Positions 57,475 to 64,000 of a stretch of 64,000 nucleotides of DNA are shown here, in pieces; position 1 is the first letter of the stretch, and each line of letters begins with the position of its first letter. The notes under the pieces were generated by a model. That model ran no database searches and was not told the origin of the DNA. It saw only the letters and a program-made list of their open reading frames with translations. Source of the stretch: a bacterium (GTDB taxonomy: Bacteria > Patescibacteriota > Patescibacteriia > Patescibacteriales > UBA12465); assembly GCA_030696105.1 (NCBI GenBank), contig JAUYNJ010000005.1, positions 13,678 to 77,677 of the forward strand. The letters are read 5' to 3'. The translations under genes and the position numbers were made by a program.

Positions 57475-58269
57475 ATGGAAATGATCAAGCAATTAAGAGA
57501 AATGACCGGTGCTGGCATGGTTGATTGTAAGAAAGCATTAGATGAGTCCGGTAACGACCTGCAAAAGGCCGTAGAAATTTTACGCAAAAAAGGCATTGCT
57601 AAGGCTGCTAAACGCACTGACCGCGAAGCCAATGAAGGTGTGGTCAAAATGGGCGTTAACGAAGCAGGTGATGAGGGTTATATTTTCGAATTAACCTCCG
57701 AAACCGACTTCGTTTCGCGTAATGAAAAATTCCAGTCCTTCGCCGAAGAAGCGATGAAGCTGGCTTTATCAGCTCGCCCAGAAACAGCTGAAGCCTTTTT
57801 GGCTCTCCCGATGGCTGACAGCACCATTAAAGAAAGTCTTGAAATTTTAAGTGGCACAATCGGTGAAAAGATGGAAATCCGTCGCTTTGGTCGCTTGCAG
57901 GGCGCAACGTTGGCCGCCTATTCTCACTTAGGTGGGAAGCTCGGTGTTCTTATCGCTTTAGATCAGGCAGGGAAGGCTGAATTGGCCGCTGAGTTGGCGA
58001 TGCAGATTGCTGCCGCTAATCCAAAGTATATTGAATCTTCACAGGTTGATGCTTCCGAGCTCGCTAAGGAGCGCGAAATCTACCGCGAACAGCTACTAAA
58101 GGAGGGAAAGCCAGAGGCCATGGTTGATAAAATTCTTGAAGGTAAGGTTTCAAAGTATTATGGTGAAGTATGTTTAATTGAGCAGGAATATATTAAGGAT
58201 GATAAGAAAAAAATCAAAGATATCTTAGGCGATGTTAAAGTTCTCGGCTTCTTCCGTTTTAGTCTTTAA
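57475..58269 (+). CDS. tsf: Elongation factor Ts
   Basis: LREMTGAGMVDCKKAL, ETDFV, GKPEAMVDKILEGK. Confidence 0.97.
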   Translation: MEMIKQLREMTGAGMVDCKKALDESGNDLQKAVEILRKKGIAKAAKRTDREANEGVVKMGVNEAGDEGYIFELTSETDFVSRNEKFQSFAEEAMKLALSARPETAEAFLALPMADSTIKESLEILSGTIGEKMEIRRFGRLQGATLAAYSHLGGKLGVLIALDQAGKAELAAELAMQIAAANPKYIESSQVDASELAKEREIYREQLLKEGKPEAMVDKILEGKVSKYYGEVCLIEQEYIKDDKKKIKDILGDVKVLGFFRFSL

Positions 58270-58303
58270 TCCATTTTTGGATTTTTCGTTCTAGCTAAAA
58301 AAT

Positions 58304-59158
58304 ATGAAAATCGTCCAGGTACAATTCTCGCCGTGGGATAAAGTATATTGTTTTTCTCTGTCAGATGAGGTTAAGGCCGGGGTGAGCGATTTTGTAATCG
58401 TTGAAACTGAACTTGGACGTGAATTAGGTAAAATTGTTGGCTTTATCACTAAATCATCAGAGGAGCATGAGTTGAAACCAGTGTTACGTTTAGCGACACT
58501 TGAAGATGCTGAGTCGGTCTTTAACGAGGAGCGTCGTGCGCGAGCCATGTCTATCTGCGAGGAGTTAATTGAGCGTCATGGTCGCCAAATGAAATTAATC
58601 GATGCTCGTTTCTCATACGCAGGTAATCGCTTAACTTTCGCTTTTGTATCTGATGGTCGGGTCGATTTCCGAGATTTGGTCAAAGATTTAAATTCAGCTT
58701 TCAATCTTAACATTCGTTTATTACAGATTGGCTCACGCGATGAAGCGCGCTGTACTGGTGACTGTGGTCCTTGTGGCCTTCATTTATGCTGCCGCAGCTT
58801 TGTGCATGATTTTTCTTCGATAACGTCAGAGATGGCCGAGGCACAGCAAGTTGTGCATCGCGGTAGCGATCGTATATCCGGAATGTGTGGCCGTTTAATG
58901 TGCTGCCTAAGCTTTGAATACGAAGGATATAAACACTTGGCCACTGAATTGCCGCCTCTTGGTACGCGCATTAAAGTTGATGGTAGAACTGGCATTGTTG
59001 TTGGTCATCACTTGCTCAAACAAACGCTCGATGTCAGGTTTTCATCTGAGAGTGAGGGTGAGCGCGATTTCACTATTCAAGTTGACCCAAAGAAACAGTT
59101 GGAAAAGAATACTTCCTCACGAACCGAAAGGCCGAGACGTCCGGGACGTCGCCGTTAA
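58304..59158 (+). CDS. PSP1-domain protein (RicT/YaaT-like)
   Basis: RVDFRDLVKDL, IGSRDEA, CGPCGLHLCC, ISGMCGRLMCCLSFE. Confidence 0.88.
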   Translation: MKIVQVQFSPWDKVYCFSLSDEVKAGVSDFVIVETELGRELGKIVGFITKSSEEHELKPVLRLATLEDAESVFNEERRARAMSICEELIERHGRQMKLIDARFSYAGNRLTFAFVSDGRVDFRDLVKDLNSAFNLNIRLLQIGSRDEARCTGDCGPCGLHLCCRSFVHDFSSITSEMAEAQQVVHRGSDRISGMCGRLMCCLSFEYEGYKHLATELPPLGTRIKVDGRTGIVVGHHLLKQTLDVRFSSESEGERDFTIQVDPKKQLEKNTSSRTERPRRPGRRR

Positions 59159-59169
59159 TCAAAATTATG

Positions 59170-59195
59170 AAAGCCCCGGCAACGGGGCTTTTTTT
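59170..59195 (+). terminator. Intrinsic terminator
   Basis: AAAGCCCCG-GCAA-CGGGGCTTTTTTT. Confidence 0.85.
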
Positions 59196-59256
59196 GAGCT
59201 AAAAATGTGATATAATAGAGGTGACTAATTATCTTATTTAAACCATTTTAAAATCT

Positions 59257-60267
59257 ATGTCCTTAAATGTCGCCATCAACGGATTCGGCCGTATCGGCCG
59301 CGCCACTTTTAAGATTATTCTCGATAATCATCCTGACTTGCGTATCGTTGCTATTAATGATTTAACCGATAATAATACCTTAGCTCATTTGTTGCAGCGC
59401 GACTCTTGTTATGGTTTATATCACAGGCAAGTGAAAAGCGATGCTCGTGGTTTGACTGTTGACGGCAAGCACTACGCTGTTTATTCTGAAAAAGACCCTT
59501 CCTTACTACCCTGGAAAGAGTTGGGCGTTGATGTTGTTCTTGAATGCACTGGCCGTTTTCGTGATAAGGAAAGCTTATCGGCTCACTTGTCTGCGGGTGC
59601 AAAAAAAGTACTTATCTCTGCGCCGGCTAAAGGCGCAGGTATAAAGACTATTGTTATTGGCGTTAATGAAAAAACTTTAAAATCTAGTGATGACATTATT
59701 TCTAATGCATCATGCACCACGAACTGTTTAGCGCCGGTGATGTCTATTTTAAAAGAAAAGTTTGGCGTCAAAAAGGCGATGATGACAACCATTCACTCCT
59801 ATACTGCTGATCAAAATTTAGTTGATGGTCCTCATAAAGATTTGCGACGTGCTCGCGCGGCCGCCATAAACATGGTGCCGACAACGACTGGGGCAGCAGC
59901 GGCAGTAGCGCTCACAATGCCTTCTTTGAAGGGTAAATTTGACGGCCTGGCGGTGCGCGTGCCTACTCCGGTAGCTTCATTGTGTGATATTGTGCTGGTT
60001 ACTAGTAAGAATGTGACCGCAGAAAAGGTTAATGCCGCGTTTAAAGTAGCCGCTAAAGGTAAGTTAAAAGGTATTATTGAAGCCTCCGATGAGGAGTTAG
60101 TGTCTTCTGACATTATTGGTAACTCTCATAGTTCGGTTGTAGATTTGAAGAGCACAAAAGTGGTTTCTGGTGATTTGTTGAAAGTGGTTGCTTGGTATGA
60201 TAATGAGTGGGCTTATTCATGTCGCTTAGCTGATTTGGCCAGCTTCATGAAGAAAACTCTAAAGTAA
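59257..60267 (+). CDS. gap: Glyceraldehyde-3-phosphate dehydrogenase, type I
   Basis: INGFGRIGR, ASCTTNCL, HSYTADQ, RVPT, WYDNEW. Confidence 0.97.
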   Translation: MSLNVAINGFGRIGRATFKIILDNHPDLRIVAINDLTDNNTLAHLLQRDSCYGLYHRQVKSDARGLTVDGKHYAVYSEKDPSLLPWKELGVDVVLECTGRFRDKESLSAHLSAGAKKVLISAPAKGAGIKTIVIGVNEKTLKSSDDIISNASCTTNCLAPVMSILKEKFGVKKAMMTTIHSYTADQNLVDGPHKDLRRARAAAINMVPTTTGAAAAVALTMPSLKGKFDGLAVRVPTPVASLCDIVLVTSKNVTAEKVNAAFKVAAKGKLKGIIEASDEELVSSDIIGNSHSSVVDLKSTKVVSGDLLKVVAWYDNEWAYSCRLADLASFMKKTLK

Positions 60268-60298
60268 AAGAAATAAGTTTATTTTTAAATAAAATATT

Positions 60299-61024
60299 AT
60301 GCAATCAACAACAAACAAAGCGCAACTAATTAATCCGAAGGATTTATTTGTTGCGAGCTGGAAAGTCTATCAGCGTGGCTTCTTTCATTTTATTGGCATG
60401 TATCTTTGGGGCTTAGTTGGTGTCTTACCGCTCGCCGTCGTCGCTGCCACTGCTGTTTTATTGTACACTCAGGCGGGCTGGAATAATGCCTTCTTTTACG
60501 TCATTGCTGGTCTTCTTGGCTTAGCTGCGCTTGCTTGGGCAATTTATTACACAACTCGTGCCAAAATCGGCTGGCTTGTTCTCATTAAAAATGACTTTAA
60601 AGATATTAAAGCGTCTTTCAAAGAAACTAAGCCATATTTTTGGACTTATCTTTGGGCCTCATTAATCACTGGTTTAATTACTTTTGCTTTAGTCTTTTTC
60701 CTTGTTATTCCAGCAATAATCGTTGGTGTTTTATATGCCTTCGCTACCTTCGCTATCGTTTTTGAAGGGAAGCGCACTTTTTCATCAATTGAACGTAGTT
60801 ATGATTTAGTCAAGAATTACTGGTGGCCAGTATTTGGACGTTTCGTGTTGCTCGGTGTAGTGGCGATGATTGTTTCAGTGGCACTTAATTTTCCCTTGGA
60901 TTATTTGGAGGGAGCAGCACATGATTTATTGGTATTTTTAATAAATGTCTTCTGGGCTTTAGTTGGTCCCTTCTTTCTCGTTTATAGTTATCAGCTTTAC
61001 CTCGATCTTAAATCAAAGAATTAA
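60299..61024 (+). CDS. Integral membrane protein (multi-TM, unknown function)
   Basis: About 5-6 hydrophobic segments; SIxRSxxLVKxYWW pattern. Confidence 0.7.
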   Translation: MQSTTNKAQLINPKDLFVASWKVYQRGFFHFIGMYLWGLVGVLPLAVVAATAVLLYTQAGWNNAFFYVIAGLLGLAALAWAIYYTTRAKIGWLVLIKNDFKDIKASFKETKPYFWTYLWASLITGLITFALVFFLVIPAIIVGVLYAFATFAIVFEGKRTFSSIERSYDLVKNYWWPVFGRFVLLGVVAMIVSVALNFPLDYLEGAAHDLLVFLINVFWALVGPFFLVYSYQLYLDLKSKN

Positions 61025-61050
61025 TACTGGACGCATTCCGGTTGTAAGTC

Positions 61051-62517
61051 ATGAATATACCAGCTCACATCTTAAATATTGTTAAAGAATTGCTACGCTC
61101 CGGGTATACCGCGGAATTCGTGGGCGGTTGTGTTCGCGATTTACTGATGGCTAAGCAGCCTAAAGATTGGGACTTAACAACCAATGCGCGTCCAGAGCAA
61201 ATCTTGGCGGTTTTTGCTGAGGCAAAATACGAAAATGATTTCGGCACTGTCATCATCCCGCTTCGTGATGAAGAGGGCAAAGTACTTGATGTCGTTGAAA
61301 TTACAACTTATCGCAGTGAGAAAGGTTACGCCGACTCGCGGCATCCTGATGAGGTTCGTTTTGAAGATGAGCTTGATAAAGACCTGGAACGTCGTGACTT
61401 TACCGTCAACGCGATGGCGCTCCGTCTTGACCCGGAAGGTACGCATGAATTTGATGGTGAAAAGTTCACCGTTGTTGATTTATTCGGTGGTATTAAGGAT
61501 ATTAAGAAAAAAGTCATTAGAGCTGTTGGAGAGCCCTCAGATCGCTTTAAGGAGGACGCCTTACGTATGATGCGCGCGATACGCTTTTGTGCACAGCTTA
61601 ATTATGAGCTTGAGCCGAAGACTCAGCGCGGAATTGTGAAGCTCGCGGGCAGTTTGAAGTTCGTCGCCAAAGAACGCATTAAGGATGAGTTGATTAAAAT
61701 CCTCGCTTCTAATCGCCCTGATGAGGGCATTATGGCCTTATACGAAGCAAAGCTGCTGCAATATATTATTCCTGAGCTTGAGCAGGGAGTTGGCGTGCGA
61801 CAAAATCACCATCATATTTATCAGGTTTTTAAGCATAACTTATTATCGCTCAAGCATTGCCCGAGCCCTGAATGGCAAGTACGCTTCGCCGCTTTACTGC
61901 ATGATGTCGGCAAGCCGAAAAGCAAGAAAATTCTTAAAGGGGAAGCGACCTTCTATAATCACGAATACATTGGCGCTAAAATGGTTGATCGGATTATGAC
62001 GCGCTTGAAGTTTAAGAATGAAGATCGAGAGCGAGTGGTAAATCTGGTTAAAAACCACATGTTTTACTATAATGTCGGTGAGGTAACGGCCGCCTCAGTT
62101 AGACGTTTAGTTAGTAAAGTCGGTCGTGATAACTTGAAAGACTTAATTGATTTACGCGTGGCCGACCGTCTTGGTTCCGGCACACCGAAGGCGATGCCAT
62201 ATAAACTTAGGCATTTGCAATACATGTTAGAAAAAGTACAGCACGATCCAGTTTCCGTTAAAATGCTTGCAGTTAATGGTAATGACTTAATGACACAGTT
62301 AGAGCTAACGCCCGGACCAAAAATCGGCGCCATTCTTGATGTGCTTCTCGGCGAGGTTTTAGAGGACCCGGAGAGAAATAATAAGGAATATTTGTTGGAG
62401 CGCGCCAAACTCTTAAATGCTGATGATTTAGAATCGCTGCGCCAGCAGGCAAGGGAATTAATTGAAGAAAAGCGGGCAGATGAAGATCAAGATATGCAGA
62501 AACGTTATAAAGTATAA
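61051..62517 (+). CDS. cca: CCA tRNA nucleotidyltransferase with HD domain
   Basis: VGGCVRD..KDWDLTT, EDELDKDLERRDFTVNA, RFKEDALRMMRAIRF, LLHDVGKP. Confidence 0.85.
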   Translation: MNIPAHILNIVKELLRSGYTAEFVGGCVRDLLMAKQPKDWDLTTNARPEQILAVFAEAKYENDFGTVIIPLRDEEGKVLDVVEITTYRSEKGYADSRHPDEVRFEDELDKDLERRDFTVNAMALRLDPEGTHEFDGEKFTVVDLFGGIKDIKKKVIRAVGEPSDRFKEDALRMMRAIRFCAQLNYELEPKTQRGIVKLAGSLKFVAKERIKDELIKILASNRPDEGIMALYEAKLLQYIIPELEQGVGVRQNHHHIYQVFKHNLLSLKHCPSPEWQVRFAALLHDVGKPKSKKILKGEATFYNHEYIGAKMVDRIMTRLKFKNEDRERVVNLVKNHMFYYNVGEVTAASVRRLVSKVGRDNLKDLIDLRVADRLGSGTPKAMPYKLRHLQYMLEKVQHDPVSVKMLAVNGNDLMTQLELTPGPKIGAILDVLLGEVLEDPERNNKEYLLERAKLLNADDLESLRQQARELIEEKRADEDQDMQKRYKV

Positions 62518-62556
62518 TTATAAAAAGTCCCGCAAGGGGCGCTTAAATAATTTTTT

Positions 62557-63351
62557 ATGAGAAAATACAACAAACCATTCTTAGTGCTCGGGTTAATGGC
62601 TTTAGTGTTTACACTATCAGCCTGCGGCACCAGCACGCCTGATGTAAATGACAATGTCGACCTTTTCGATGAAGGGGCGACGCCAATTGCAACCACAGGT
62701 AATGGCTCAAGTACCGAGCCAGATAAAAAACTAAATCTTGGTGATCTCTCGGTCGAGAAGGCTCCAGATAATAACAACAATATGACCAGCAACGAACAAG
62801 CAGAATTTACTGAGGCCTTGTCCTCTAAGGTCTTACCGCCAGATAAACAGGCCGACTTAGTGTCACAGTATAGCGGCGCCTTGATTAAGACTAATATGGG
62901 TGATATTAAGGTTGAATTCTATAAAGAATCACCAATGACGGTTAACAATTTCATGCACCTAGCTCAAGCCGGTTTCTATGACGGCTCTAAGTTCCACCGC
63001 GTGATTAAGGATTTTATGGTGCAGGGAGGCGATCCAAACAGTAAGGATGATGACTGGAGCAATGATGGCTTCGGTGGCCCTGGATATTATTTCAAAGATG
63101 AAATAAATGAACAGAAACTGGTCGCTGGCTCACTCGCTATGGCTAATAGCGGCGCTGGGACAAGCACTAATGGCTCACAGTTCTTCATTGTAACTGCCGC
63201 TGCCACTCCATGGCTCGATGGTTCACACACTAATTTCGGTCGCGTGACTGTTGGTATGGATGTGGTTAGAAATATAGAAAATGTCAGTGTGAACGGTAAT
63301 GATCATCCGACTGAGGATATGGTTATAAATAGTATCGAATTATTGAAGTAA
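62557..63351 (+). CDS. Cyclophilin-type peptidyl-prolyl isomerase, lipoprotein
   Basis: Lipobox LSAC; FHRVIKDFMVQGGD, GGPGY, AMAN, NGSQFFI, WLDGSHTNFG. Confidence 0.92.
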   Translation: MRKYNKPFLVLGLMALVFTLSACGTSTPDVNDNVDLFDEGATPIATTGNGSSTEPDKKLNLGDLSVEKAPDNNNNMTSNEQAEFTEALSSKVLPPDKQADLVSQYSGALIKTNMGDIKVEFYKESPMTVNNFMHLAQAGFYDGSKFHRVIKDFMVQGGDPNSKDDDWSNDGFGGPGYYFKDEINEQKLVAGSLAMANSGAGTSTNGSQFFIVTAAATPWLDGSHTNFGRVTVGMDVVRNIENVSVNGNDHPTEDMVINSIELLK

Positions 63352-63362
63352 ATTAGTTTTAC

Positions 63363-63388
63363 AAAAACCGGCTTTTGCCGGTTTTTTT
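63363..63388 (+). terminator. Intrinsic terminator
   Basis: AAAAACCGGC-TTTT-GCCGGTTTTTTT. Confidence 0.85.
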
Positions 63389-63489
63389 GTTTAATGTCTC
63401 GGAATATATACTTACGATTTCTCTAAATTAATTATTATGGACAAATCCCGAAATAAGTTTATAATAATGATAATGTGAATAAAAGCTTT

Positions 63490-64000
63490 ATGAATGTATA
63501 TCTAGATAACGCCGCCACCACCCGCATTGATCCGCGCGTGCTTAAAGCGATGATGCCTTACCTTAGTGAAAAATACGGTAACGCTTCCTCAATTCACGCC
63601 CTTGGACAAGATAATAATCTCATCCTTGAGCAGACAAGAGCCGCCATCGCCGGTCTTTTAAAGGCGGAGACAAGTGGTCTTTTATTTACCAGTGGGGCCA
63701 GCGAGGCAAATAATTATATCCTGCGCGGAATAATGTCGGCTAATAAAGCGAAGGGGAAACACTTGGTTGTTTCTGCCATTGAACACCCTTCTGTTTTACA
63801 GACGGCGAGAGAACTTTCACGTGCAGGCTATGAGCTCGATATTGCGCCCGTCGATGCCGATGGTCGTGTTGATTTAAAAGCTCTCAAGAAAATTGTTCGT
63901 GAAGACACAGCGCTCGTTTCGGTGATGGCAGTTAATAATGAAATTGGTACAATTCAAGATCTAGAAGCGATTGCGCAAATTGCACACGCGAAAGGTGCTT
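63490..64000 (+). CDS. iscS: Cysteine desulfurase (IscS/NifS family), 5' part, runs off the window
   Basis: MNVYLDNAATT, YGNASSIH, FTSGASEANN, EHPSV, VMAVNNEIGTIQ. Confidence 0.88.
   Translation, partial: MNVYLDNAATTRIDPRVLKAMMPYLSEKYGNASSIHALGQDNNLILEQTRAAIAGLLKAETSGLLFTSGASEANNYILRGIMSANKAKGKHLVVSAIEHPSVLQTARELSRAGYELDIAPVDADGRVDLKALKKIVREDTALVSVMAVNNEIGTIQDLEAIAQIAHAKGA

Noticed and set aside
1..64000. Alternative genetic code (TGA read as Gly, as in Gracilibacteria/Absconditabacteria)
   Set aside because: Long conserved genes are intact under code 11 and TGA ends the permease at 9015 at its expected C-terminus
1..64000. CRISPR array, prophage, transposase, DGR/retron or restriction-modification locus
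   Set aside because: No regularly spaced repeats, reverse transcriptase, integrase, transposase, DNA methyltransferase or phage structural genes recognised

Overview
This is a bacterial chromosomal window with a standard genetic code (TGA is used as stop). It has AT-rich intergenic spaces and almost no Shine-Dalgarno motifs. Gene content (short TsaB, Gmad2, DUF4012, sigma-region-4/HTH fusion, GRILLQV repeat protein) suggests a Patescibacteria/Parcubacteria (CPR) genome; that lineage call is inference. Most genes are housekeeping: greA, DEAD-box helicase, hisS, cysS, rnhB, dus, tsaB, mraZ-rsmH-ftsL-PBP-murF, rmlD/rmlA, tgt, pyk, eno, rlmN, sod, rpsB-tsf, gap, CCA-adding enzyme, cyclophilin, partial sufU and iscS, and tRNA-Leu(CAG) and tRNA-Val(CAC). 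Accessory modules are a MacAB-like exporter, a Kef antiporter, a GH3 acyl-amido synthetase, an ECF sigma/anti-sigma pair, tspO-DUF1295 and a CsoR-controlled copper operon. I saw no mobile element, prophage or CRISPR array. The best new signals are non-coding: (1) an unannotated ~117-nt minus-strand small RNA with a perfect sigma70 promoter and its own terminator beside the tRNAs; (2) an identical ECF-type promoter (TGGAAGAAAA-N12-CGTA) in front of both the ECF sigma gene and a distant secreted Met/Gly-rich protein, suggesting a mini-regulon; (3) an RcnR/CsoR-type G6 operator; (4) a frameshift in an A7 tract at the start of tspO; (5) a terminator-like hairpin just before the helicase start codon. 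All calls come from motif recognition by eye; no database searches were run.
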